A stretch of 64,000 bases of DNA. Source: Nitrospirales bacterium (GTDB taxonomy: Bacteria > Nitrospirota > Nitrospiria > Nitrospirales > UBA8639). Positions 10,465-19,452 of the stretch are shown here, one piece after another. How positions within the stretch are numbered: position 1 is the first letter of the stretch; each line of letters begins with the position of its first letter. The DNA lies in assembly GCA_965223295.1 (NCBI GenBank), contig CBDCWC010000002.1, forward strand, positions 864,001-928,000, given 5' to 3'. Under the pieces are notes generated by a model. That model saw only the letters and a program-made list of their open reading frames with translations. It did not search any database and had not been told where the DNA came from. The translations under genes and the position numbers were made by a program.

Positions 10465-10505
10465 CACTTAACGTTGTTGCTTCACAACGTTGCAAGTGGA
10501 TTACT

Positions 10506-10946
10506 TCATTGTATTGGGAGGGAGGTTAATTCAGCAGCTTGTCGACGATCTGTTTTCGTCGTGCCTTGAGCCTTCAACATGCGCTTGCCGTCACTTTCAT
10601 AGAGCGTGAACGTGGCACTGCCCATGTCTGGCTGGGATTTAGTCACCAATTTTCCATTCTCTAGTATGAGCGTACCGCTTCCTAGCCAAGCACCAATCGT
10701 GCGATAGCTGGCAAATTTAAATTGACCTTCTTCTGTAATTTTCATCTTCACCCAATCATCTTGGCGTCGTATCCTTGGCTCAGACCAGGTTGAGCCTTCC
10801 CATTTTCCCGCAACGTGTTTGATATCGGTAATAGGGACCTCTTTCCAGTCTGGGCTTTCAGGAACGTGGGCGCCTGTGCAGGCCATCAATGTGACGAAGA
10901 TAAAAATCAGAGGCAACAAGAAGACGGATCGAAAAAATTTACCCAT
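10506..10946 (-). CDS. Putative lipoprotein
   Basis: Lipobox LMAC after a hydrophobic signal; AGGAG RBS. Confidence 0.75.
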   Translation of the reverse strand: MGKFFRSVFLLPLIFIFVTLMACTGAHVPESPDWKEVPITDIKHVAGKWEGSTWSEPRIRRQDDWVKMKITEEGQFKFASYRTIGAWLGSGTLILENGKLVTKSQPDMGSATFTLYESDGKRMLKAQGTTKTDRRQAAELTSLPIQ

Positions 10947-11179
10947 CAGGATCTCCTTTTTCTCAAACTTTCATGGCTACTTTTACAACCATACTGGGTG
11001 AGTCATTTTGATGAACCTAATGCACATGGCTTGCCCCTGTCATCATGGGGCATACACCTGCGACATATCCTTATTAATCGTCCCATGTCAGCGCATTGTA
11101 CCCTAAAGAGTAACAATGTTAGAAACTGATGAGACTCACTCATACACAAAATTCTTACAGTTTAACCTTAAACCTACCA

Positions 11180-11206
11180 ATGTCCGCTTTTGGCCGAACT
11201 CGGACA
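11180..11206 (+). repeat. Hairpin-like site R (ATGTCCGCTTTTGGCCGAACTCGGACA)
   Basis: TGTCCG/CGGACA inverted arms around a GGCC centre. Confidence 0.5.
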
Positions 11207-11223
11207 CTGGAGAAGAGTCACGT

Positions 11224-11490
11224 TCAGACTACGGCCCGTATACAGTCCTCACGATCATTCTTCGGATTATTCACTATCGTACTCACTGGATAAGCTTCCA
11301 TGTCCTCCGCCTCATAGGGTTGAAGAAGTGAACGTCTTGTCGTTGCATCAGTCGTATTCGGATCGAGCCACAAGAGATAGGTTGACTCTGAAAGAATCAC
11401 CGGCATGCGATGGTGGATGGGTTCCATCAGACTATTGGCATGGATGGTAATCAAGCTACATGATTCAATCGGTAGCTCTTGCTCTGAAGC
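11224..11490 (-). pseudogene. C-terminal remnant of SOS response-associated peptidase (SRAP/YedK/HMCES family)
   Basis: ESCSLITIHANSLMEPIHHRMPVIL...WLDP...LLQPY...AYPVSTIVNNPKND; the N-terminal catalytic MCGR region is absent. Confidence 0.85.
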
Positions 11491-11511
11491 ACATCTCTTT
11501 AAAACTGATCA

Positions 11512-12096
11512 TTACAGAGATAAATGGGAGAGCAGTTGCACTCCCTTTTGTACATTCTCTTTTGCAGCTCGCACGGTGGCTATTGTGGCTCGAGTGTGCC
11601 CTGATATTGCATCATCCCCACTTGCTGAAGAGCTTGTACGTACTACTTCTTGCCACACCGTTTTCCCGGATTCAATCTTTGAAAGATTCCAGACAACCTC
11701 GAGCTGAGCCACCATGGTCGCCCCAAATGTCGGGAATTTCACATCGCCCAGAAACGCATCGAGCTGATAGTTGGCTTTTGTCCCTTGACTAATTGATGAA
11801 AAAACTTTTGCATCAAGAATCGACTGTTCAATGGCTTTTTTAAACTCCAAGTTGGAGATATAGGAAGACCCTTCAACTCCACCACCTTCAACCCTTACCA
11901 CTAGTGAATGAGGATGATGTTGACTAACATTGATTTCCGAAGAAACCATTTCAGCAGCGGTAGGAACATATGAAGAACAGCCTACAAACACACCTAGTGC
12001 CCACAAAATAAGAAGAGGAAAGAATTTATTGTTTAAGGGTGTTTCATGCATGATCAGAAATCCTTCGCAGTTAAGTTTAGGAAATGGCTCCATCAA
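11512..12096 (-). CDS. Putative lipoprotein
   Basis: FVGC lipobox; ATGA overlap with the upstream gene (true start may be downstream). Confidence 0.7.
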   Translation of the reverse strand: MMEPFPKLNCEGFLIMHETPLNNKFFPLLILWALGVFVGCSSYVPTAAEMVSSEINVSQHHPHSLVVRVEGGGVEGSSYISNLEFKKAIEQSILDAKVFSSISQGTKANYQLDAFLGDVKFPTFGATMVAQLEVVWNLSKIESGKTVWQEVVRTSSSASGDDAISGHTRATIATVRAAKENVQKGVQLLSHLSL

Positions 12097-12530
12097 AGCT
12101 TATCATCTAACAGTGAATCTAACACTTCCTTGATCATTTCATTTGGTTCTTTTCTGGCCATCGTCGCTCGAATCGACTTTCCAGCGCCAAGCACTAAATC
12201 TTCTTCAGGATTCTTAATTAATATGGTTAGCTGATACATAAACATGGTGATATCCCATGCCCATCGATCAGCATAAACAATAACTCCATCAACATTTTCA
12301 GGCTTTGGTCCATCTTGTTCGGTTGTAGCCTCATACCCTTTTTTTACCAGTTCATCCTTGATCATGAGGTGGATATCTCTTGTATCCTCCTCTAGTTTAT
12401 TGACATAGATTTTTTTAATAATGTTTAACTTTCCTCCTGGCATTTCAAGGGAGCTAAGCTTTTCCATACTTGCTCCACATCCAGAAGTCACAAGCCCGAA
12501 AAAAATCATTAGAATCCAAGTTCTACGCAT
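12093..12530 (-). CDS. Putative lipoprotein
   Basis: TSGC lipobox; GGAGG RBS; DRWAWDITMFM motif. Confidence 0.75.
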   Translation of the reverse strand: MRRTWILMIFFGLVTSGCGASMEKLSSLEMPGGKLNIIKKIYVNKLEEDTRDIHLMIKDELVKKGYEATTEQDGPKPENVDGVIVYADRWAWDITMFMYQLTILIKNPEEDLVLGAGKSIRATMARKEPNEMIKEVLDSLLDDKL

Positions 12531-13088
12531 ATTGCCATCCTCCCTCTAATGGAAAGTCTCAACTAGCAGCGGTAAAGGATAAGAGTATTACGGCAATAAA
12601 TGCAATTCATTACCCCCCATTCCTCCTTTATCACGTTTCGCCTTTTTTGTTCAGATGGCCACCATCACGATAGAGACGTCGCAAATAAACTCATTCCAAC
12701 GAAGGCGATATAAAATAAAGGAAAATTGGTCAACGGCCAGCGCCTATTTTTCCCACCGTTCCCAGAATCTAGCTTCCTGCCAACTGTGGGCGAGTGAGGC
12801 CAGGAGGGCCGAACGAGCCCTATCCCCCCCTTTTCCAAGAACAGATTCAGGCCATGTGCGTCAGGCACCTCCAACATTGGAGAATGAATTTTTCGATGCC
12901 CCCAGAGAAGCCGTTCTTATGTAGGAGCGAGCGACCGATTTTTTAACCCACCCCCCCTAGAAACAATTCTGACCCCTACCCCCTTTCAATTTTTTTGCAC
13001 GGTAGAGATATGGGCCGATCTTCGATAGGTACTAGAATGTAACTTAAGACCGAGGCGCACGATGAAGGCTGAACACAGACAAGGTCAC

Positions 13089-13107
13089 TGTAACCAAAAG
13101 TGTAACC
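13089..13107 (+). repeat. Tandem TGTAACC direct repeats, probable integrase arm-type binding sites
   Basis: TGTAACC-aaaag-TGTAACC ~130 bp inside the att site. Confidence 0.45.
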
Positions 13108-13237
13108 TAATTCAGGCAACTCCCCCACACTCTATGCAACTAGATGCAATCTTCGGTAGAATCTGATTCTGTTGATTTATCAGGAGAATCCTTTGGTTTA
13201 TTGGAAGATTCTTCATTACCTAAATCTTGCATTTTTA

Positions 13238-13296
13238 GGTCTTGAAAACCGGCGTGGTGCAAGCCACCGTGGGTTCGAATCCCACCCCCTCCGCCA
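13238..13296 (+). mobile_element. attR: 3' fragment of tRNA-Ser(TGA) marking the end of an integrated element
   Basis: GGTC-TTGAAA-ACCGG anticodon arm, long variable arm, GGGTTCGAATCCC T-arm and CCCCTCCGCCA end; the 5' acceptor strand and D-arm are missing. Confidence 0.85.
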
Positions 13297-13677
13297 ATTT
13301 CCACCAATACAGCAAATTTCAACCAACAGCAGTAGCAGAAAATCCATTGTGGTACTGAGTGGGATTCAGACGGGGCTCTTGAAGGGGATATTTCCATTTC
13401 TTAGGGTGACCGGAAATTTGCGAAGGCACGAGCGAACCAGTCTCCTAGTGGGGGAGAGACGATGGGAGTTTGGGGACTAGTAAGACCCGCACAAGACTTC
13501 CAACGCCCCCCTCCGCCAACCACACCTACATTCTATTGGTAAACAAGCGAGACCAACAGCTACCGATAAAAAGTGAAATCAGGATTCAATAAATTTTTGA
13601 AAAAGAAAGATGAGAGGATCATTCACAGAAAGTACTGAGTGTAGCTATGGATTAAGAAAAAGCCTTTTGTTCTTTTA

Positions 13678-15048
13678 TTATTGCAGCATAAAGGTTTCGA
13701 AGGTGAGCTTTCGAAACGTTTTATCCAGTTGATACATGCCAACAATAATTGCAAGCAACACAGCCCCAGCGAAGCCATAACCATAGAACGGCATGCCACC
13801 TATTAAGGTCATCCATGTAAGCCCGGCATTGTTCAAAAAGAAGATAATTGTCAATCGTAAAGCCAAAGCCCGTTTATCCAAATAAAATAAGGTATTCAAA
13901 ATTCCCAAGAATATTACCTGCAAGCTTGCGGCAACCACATCGATATAAAAAAGTGACTCATATAACAAAGAAATTCCTAACCAGGATAAGATCGTGGGGC
14001 CACTCCACCAACAGATCAGACACACCACAAACTGTATCTTCATAATCTCAAATAATCCATGCCTAGCTGTTCTCACCATCCCCGCCTTTGCATCTTCAAT
14101 AAAATCCAACGAGGCTCCGTTACGGACGCCATCATAAAACTCAGCATGCCGATCCACAAAATCTGTCTCCATTCGCACAAGAAAACTGGCCATTCCCGGG
14201 AGAATAGCTAAATATGCCAAAAATATTGGCAAGTCATAGATTGGCGAATTTTTTAATGGGCCAATGATTACTTCTCCGGTGTGGGGAAAATACCAAAAGA
14301 GAATTTTATCAACCCAGAGAGCGGCGTTGTAAAAAAAGCCTAACCATATTAGTTCTCGAAAAAGTTTCCCTTTTTGCAAAAATTCATGAGACCAAAATTC
14401 CAGAGATGAATAATGCTGAAACGTCAGCACCATGATACCCAACAATAAGACAAACTGGCCTAAAAAAAACCCAAACAGCAATCCTTCAAGCCCATAGACA
14501 CTGCACCATCGAGCGACACCAACCGTGATTCCATAACCCAGAGCAAATAGCAACAGAATACCCTGATACTGTTTAATTCCCGAGAGGAAGATAGTGCCAA
14601 CCCAGACATTTCCTAAGACCACAAAACTACCCACCATCAACACGCGATAAATTAAGGATTGCTCTGGGAAGAGGAAGTACACACCAAGAGTCCCGACAAG
14701 TGCGGTCACGACCGTGACCAGGCTGACCACACCGTGAAAATTTGGCAGAACCTGGTCATCCCGTTTTTCAAATAAGCGATCTGCGACAAATCGAGTAAAG
14801 GATGATTGAATAAATCCCGTAAGAATGAGACTGCTGGCTATGAGATAGGTCACGGAAATTTGAAATTGCGCAATTTCCTGCCCTAATGCTTCAGAAGAAA
14901 TACTGGATAACCCGATGATTAACAGGCCAAGAATGGAAAGAATCCAAGGGCCTGAACTAATGATCCCGGCATAGCCATAAGCCTGAAACATCGACCAATA
15001 ACTATTTTTTCGGAGAATTTTACGAAGCTCGAACCCGATCCCAGCCAT
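13678..15048 (-). CDS. pelG: Pel exopolysaccharide transporter PelG
   Basis: MAGIGFELRK N-terminus, ISSGPWILSI, WVDK.LFW, RMETDF; multiple TM helices. Confidence 0.95.
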   Translation of the reverse strand: MAGIGFELRKILRKNSYWSMFQAYGYAGIISSGPWILSILGLLIIGLSSISSEALGQEIAQFQISVTYLIASSLILTGFIQSSFTRFVADRLFEKRDDQVLPNFHGVVSLVTVVTALVGTLGVYFLFPEQSLIYRVLMVGSFVVLGNVWVGTIFLSGIKQYQGILLLFALGYGITVGVARWCSVYGLEGLLFGFFLGQFVLLLGIMVLTFQHYSSLEFWSHEFLQKGKLFRELIWLGFFYNAALWVDKILFWYFPHTGEVIIGPLKNSPIYDLPIFLAYLAILPGMASFLVRMETDFVDRHAEFYDGVRNGASLDFIEDAKAGMVRTARHGLFEIMKIQFVVCLICWWSGPTILSWLGISLLYESLFYIDVVAASLQVIFLGILNTLFYLDKRALALRLTIIFFLNNAGLTWMTLIGGMPFYGYGFAGAVLLAIIVGMYQLDKTFRKLTFETFMLQ

Positions 15049-16615
15049 GATTTAACGCCTGTGTGTAGATAAAGCGGTATCGCTCTAACATTTCTGTATC
15101 AGTATAAAACATTTCGACTCGTTTCATTCCTGCTGCCTGCGCAGAAAACCAGTTTTTCTTATTCAACAACATGTCTAGTGCCGCATGCGCCAATCCATTC
15201 GCATCGGCCATCGCCACGACGGCACCGGCTGCTCCACAGGAATCGCCATTGAGTCCTTCCCCCAACACCAATTGCCGACAAGCTCCCACATCCGTCGTGA
15301 TCACAGGAATTCCTGCCGCAAACCCCTCCAATACCACCAATGGAAGCGCTTCACTAATAGAACTCAGAACGAGAATTCCAATTTGAGGAAGCATGTCTTC
15401 CATTTTCTGAAATCCCAAAAATTTTATTGTTGTTCCTAACCCAAGACTTTGGACAAGATTCTGACATTCTTCTACGTACTCTGTGTCTTCGTTTTGCGGC
15501 CCCACAATCCATCCCTCGGCTTCGGGGATTCGATTGGCCACGGTTCGCATGGCCCGAATAAAGGTTTTAATATCTTTGATCGGAACTACTCGTCCAATGA
15601 GCCCTAACACTGGCGGGGGATCGAGGGGCCGCTTATCGCGAAGTGGATGAAACTGTTGAACAGGGATGCCATTGGGAATAACCTGGGTACGTTTTGGATC
15701 GGCTCCATCAACAATTTGACGTTGCCGATTCACTTCATATAACGACACAATGGGGTCAGCCGCCTGATAACACATCCGTCCTAGTGTCTCGAAAAATCGT
15801 ATCCAGAGATTTTGAAAATACCCAACTTGTTGATTGCCCTTCTCAAACTCTAAACGATTATCCGGCAACCAATTCATTTGAAATAAATCAATTTTACGCT
15901 CTTTGGTATAGATTCCATGCTCGGAAAGAATGAGCGGCTTTCCGGTTTTATGATGCAATAACGCTCCCAAGAATCCCGCATAGCCCGTGGACACGGTGTG
16001 ATACACCCGAGAAGGAATTGCTTTGGCCGCGACCTGGCCCAACAACCAAATCGGTGCATGAACTTCTCGGACAGTCCAAAAATAGTCGATAAACGATGGA
16101 TCGGTACAATGTGTTCGAAAAATCTCACCGAGATATTCCCATGCCTCTTCACTAAATAAAAATTGCTCCTGAAGACCTTGCGGATCTTTTAACAATAGAT
16201 TCATTAACGAGCCCAACAAGGCCTCTGGCCCCTCAAGAACCGAGCGAGAACGAATAGCCTCGTGGAACTCTTTAATGAGCGCAAAAAATGCAGGGTCCCC
16301 CTTCATCCCTCTGACGGGAGGACGAAGAGTTTGAAGATGCACGAAATGTGTTTCAAGATGCACCACATGCTTGGGCAACTCATACCGAATCTCTCCATAA
16401 TGGTCCGGGTGGCCACCAATGAATATGAGCGCAAAGGTATATTCAGGAAACGCTTGAATGAGTTGATGAACCCATGCAGACACTCCGCCACGGATATAGG
16501 GATATGTTCCCTCTAAGAGCAAGGTAATATCAGCTTGCGAGGCCCGTAGGTGAGGCGGCTTAAACGAGGGCACGATTGGGTTCCATTGACGAAGCCGTTC
16601 CTTCCCAATATTCAA
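15020..16615 (-). CDS. pelF: GT4 glycosyltransferase PelF (start may be GTG at 16573)
   Basis: EGTYPYIRGGVSAW, EHGIYTKERKID, GRVVPIKDIKTF, SISEALPLVVLE. Confidence 0.95.
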   Translation of the reverse strand: MNIGKERLRQWNPIVPSFKPPHLRASQADITLLLEGTYPYIRGGVSAWVHQLIQAFPEYTFALIFIGGHPDHYGEIRYELPKHVVHLETHFVHLQTLRPPVRGMKGDPAFFALIKEFHEAIRSRSVLEGPEALLGSLMNLLLKDPQGLQEQFLFSEEAWEYLGEIFRTHCTDPSFIDYFWTVREVHAPIWLLGQVAAKAIPSRVYHTVSTGYAGFLGALLHHKTGKPLILSEHGIYTKERKIDLFQMNWLPDNRLEFEKGNQQVGYFQNLWIRFFETLGRMCYQAADPIVSLYEVNRQRQIVDGADPKRTQVIPNGIPVQQFHPLRDKRPLDPPPVLGLIGRVVPIKDIKTFIRAMRTVANRIPEAEGWIVGPQNEDTEYVEECQNLVQSLGLGTTIKFLGFQKMEDMLPQIGILVLSSISEALPLVVLEGFAAGIPVITTDVGACRQLVLGEGLNGDSCGAAGAVVAMADANGLAHAALDMLLNKKNWFSAQAAGMKRVEMFYTDTEMLERYRFIYTQALNHGWDRVRAS

Positions 16616-17663
16616 GAACCGGTTGGAGCGACGTCATATCATCTAGACTGGTTTGAATAGACAAGAGAGTTTTAAGACCAGAAAAATCTCGCTGACTGAA
16701 CAGCACTTCTGCCATATAGGGTAGGATACGGGATTCCGGCAAGCCACAGGTCAGGGCTCGGCTAAAACAATACCGAGCAACCTCATAATCCTGCCCCTGG
16801 ATGTTCACTTGTCCTAGTAGGCTCCACATGCCACCATCTTGCTCTTCATGAAACAACACGTCGGTGGTATACCCTCGCACTTGATCCAGAGCGAAATTCA
16901 ACACATCGCCAACTGCCGCCTGCTGATACACCAACTCCCAATAGGTATAGGCTAACTGTCGCCAATGTTCGATTTTTTGATCGTCGTCGCCGCAGCTTTC
17001 TAAGAGCGTTAATTCTTTGTGGACACGAGAAAAAATCGACTTTTCTGTTTTATCTAGAAGACCAAATGCCACCAATCGTAAATCTTCACTTTTATCAGTC
17101 AGTAATGCTCGAAACGTTTCCGTTGTTTGCCGACTTTGTAAAGATTGCATTTTGAAAAGTGCTTGCATGCGCTGCATATCGTTAATGGAAGACGTTGATA
17201 AAATTGCATGTAAGTCACCGCTATAATATTTCAAGTCCTGTGATCGCCCTCCTCGCCTAAAGACGGCCTCACTGACCGTACCAATATCTACAGAGGTTTC
17301 GGCCTTGCCCCAATATCGAAATATTCCAACCAGGCAAACGACCCCTAAAGATCCCAGGACCGGGATACACAGCGCAAAAACAGAAAAAAACCTAAAAACC
17401 GCCTTGCCATGAGTCGGATACGCAACATGAAGAACCATGGCACTACCCAGTCCCAATAATAGACTGAGGAAGACATGCCCCGCACAAGCATGCCACCACC
17501 ACAATTGAAGCACGCCCTCTCTGAGCAAGACCGCAGTCCCTGCGACTTCACTCGATGCGGCCAACGCCAGCAGCAGAAAGCCTGGGAGCGGCTCCTTCGA
17601 GAATTCGTTCCACCAATATTGTAGGGTTTGATTCTTCCAATTCATGACATCGAACATGAACAC
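16560..17663 (-). CDS. pelE: PelE (TM plus HEAT/TPR); true start probably downstream of the listed one
   Basis: LLTDKSEDLRLVAFGLLD, LAYTYWELVYQ, PYMAEVLF; position between pelD and pelF. Confidence 0.85.
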   Translation of the reverse strand: MFMFDVMNWKNQTLQYWWNEFSKEPLPGFLLLALAASSEVAGTAVLLREGVLQLWWWHACAGHVFLSLLLGLGSAMVLHVAYPTHGKAVFRFFSVFALCIPVLGSLGVVCLVGIFRYWGKAETSVDIGTVSEAVFRRGGRSQDLKYYSGDLHAILSTSSINDMQRMQALFKMQSLQSRQTTETFRALLTDKSEDLRLVAFGLLDKTEKSIFSRVHKELTLLESCGDDDQKIEHWRQLAYTYWELVYQQAAVGDVLNFALDQVRGYTTDVLFHEEQDGGMWSLLGQVNIQGQDYEVARYCFSRALTCGLPESRILPYMAEVLFSQRDFSGLKTLLSIQTSLDDMTSLQPVLEYWEGTASSMEPNRALV

Positions 17664-18897
17664 CTGCTTCTAAGAGAGTCAGACCTAACCGTTCTTTCAA
17701 CAAACCTCGTACTCGCTCGACGTATCCCTCCGCCACGGATCCATCTGAAAAGGGCAACAACACCAGCAAGCGTTGTTCGACTTCCCCACCCAGGTACCAA
17801 ATTTCATCCAATCCTCTTGCCGTTTTTAAAATCATACCCACTGCCTGATCTTGCACAGGGGTGTCATCAAACCGCAAGAAGATCAATTGACTTTCCAATC
17901 CTAACTCTTGCTGCAGACGAGTTAACCTTGTCAATTCACGGGCAAATGGAACCGGACATTCAGGGAATTGCTCTAAGATACCTTCAGAAAGTTGAGCGCT
18001 GTAGACTCCATCAGCAAAGTATCCAAGGAATGCTTGAAGCATCAGCAAATTGTCTCGATGCAAATTAAGAAACCGCATTTGTTTGACCACCAACCACGCC
18101 ACAATTGTGCCATCACTTCGCTTGGCCGGGGCCATAATGAGATAGTCTGTGGTATTTAAGAATGATCCATCAGCCATCACAATATGAGAAAATTCTTCAG
18201 TCTCCAAGGCATGCGTCACTAATGGATCCTCCAGAACTAAAGCTGGAGGATCCCCAATGACAGCTAAGGCATCCGGTTGAATTCCTGATGGCCCAACAGA
18301 AAGCATTGATGCCACTTCAAATTGAAAATACTGTGCAACCAGAGTCAGAAATTTATGCGCGCCTATCTCTGAAATCTCTTCTTCTGTATCGACAAAAAAC
18401 CCCCGCAGGCGAGTCAGGGCATCCCGTAAAGTCAAAGGACGACTTGTTAAATGTTTTTCGAGTTGTTGATGAGACATTCCAAGCAAATGATAAGATTGAG
18501 TGATTTCATGAACACGCCGGCGCAAATACTCGTTCCACTCCCTAATTTGCGTGAGATGAATGTTCCACTGACTCCCGAATTCACCTGTCAACAAGGTCAA
18601 AAAGAGTAAGCCAACTACATAGGACTTCCCAATTGGGGGAAAAGGATGACCCAAGATCTGATCCGTCATTAACCAGCCTCCTAGGATCATGCCGCTTGAC
18701 AACATCCCGGCCCACATCCCATAACGAAGAGCGACCAAAAGAGGAGCCATCCAAATCCAGGGAAAGGGATAGGTCGACAAAAATGGATCTTCTGGCTTGA
18801 TCCAGCTTGCTAGCCCCAAGATACCAATCGTGAGCAACACGGCCTCCCCCCATTGCCATCGACGGGGAAGAATACGTAAATGAAGAGGAACGTTCAT
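17548..18897 (-). CDS. pelD: c-di-GMP receptor PelD (TM-GAF-degenerate GGDEF)
   Basis: FPWIWMAPLLVALRYG, SHQQLE...P.TLRDAL; RGLD (RxxD) I-site at ~17805; no GGDEF motif. Confidence 0.9.
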   Translation of the reverse strand: MNVPLHLRILPRRWQWGEAVLLTIGILGLASWIKPEDPFLSTYPFPWIWMAPLLVALRYGMWAGMLSSGMILGGWLMTDQILGHPFPPIGKSYVVGLLFLTLLTGEFGSQWNIHLTQIREWNEYLRRRVHEITQSYHLLGMSHQQLEKHLTSRPLTLRDALTRLRGFFVDTEEEISEIGAHKFLTLVAQYFQFEVASMLSVGPSGIQPDALAVIGDPPALVLEDPLVTHALETEEFSHIVMADGSFLNTTDYLIMAPAKRSDGTIVAWLVVKQMRFLNLHRDNLLMLQAFLGYFADGVYSAQLSEGILEQFPECPVPFARELTRLTRLQQELGLESQLIFLRFDDTPVQDQAVGMILKTARGLDEIWYLGGEVEQRLLVLLPFSDGSVAEGYVERVRGLLKERLGLTLLEAGVHVRCHELEESNPTILVERILEGAAPRLSAAGVGRIE

Positions 18898-19440
18898 TTA
18901 AATATGCAGTTGAGCCTGCTCTAAAAGTTGACGAACAAGTTTCTGAGCCACCGCGCTCACAGCTTCTCGCCCCCACCCCGTTTGAGCGCCAACTCCACTC
19001 CACACCACATCTCCAGTGTTCACGTCCAACACCTGCAAGGTCATTCCGACCGCGGGCTCTCCATCCACACCCACCTTATAGCGCCATTCATCGACAGCTC
19101 CTGTGAGCGCATAGCGAGCCTCCTGTGTTTTTGCCCACGACAACCCAGTTTCTCGAAGGACGGCAGGAGAATCTAGCTCGAGAGGGTCGAAATTCTGTGT
19201 TAACGAGAATTGTTTCGAAGAAGGCACTCCCATGGCCAACAACATACTGGTAGAAATCGCTTCCACCCGTCGACCCGCCTGGGGAGTTTCCGTCAAATTG
19301 ACAAAAGGCAACACTGCCCACGTTGCATTACTTGAAAGTGACGGGGCGACAGATGAATCGATCACTGAACAGCCTCCACCCACAACAAGACTGAGCATAG
19401 CCACAAGCACCCATTCGAACTGCAATATTTCCCGCATCAT
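18898..19440 (-). CDS. pelC: Outer-membrane lipoprotein PelC
   Basis: Lipobox GGGC; LPFVNLTETPQAG; EWRYKVGVDGEPAVG. Confidence 0.95.
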   Translation of the reverse strand: MMREILQFEWVLVAMLSLVVGGGCSVIDSSVAPSLSSNATWAVLPFVNLTETPQAGRRVEAISTSMLLAMGVPSSKQFSLTQNFDPLELDSPAVLRETGLSWAKTQEARYALTGAVDEWRYKVGVDGEPAVGMTLQVLDVNTGDVVWSGVGAQTGWGREAVSAVAQKLVRQLLEQAQLHI

Positions 19441-19452
19441 TGACCTCCTTCA

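Noticed and set aside
10127-10495. 122-aa minus-strand ORF
   Set aside because: TTG start without an RBS, runs through hairpin site L, and has no recognisable motif.
13200-13296. Functional tRNA-Ser gene
   Set aside because: No 5' acceptor strand or D-arm upstream of 13238; treated as an att remnant.
13140-13480. ORFs 13140-13397 (-) and 13172-13480 (+)
   Set aside because: They read through the tRNA fragment (GGGGIRTHG is a typical antisense-tRNA translation), so they are spurious.
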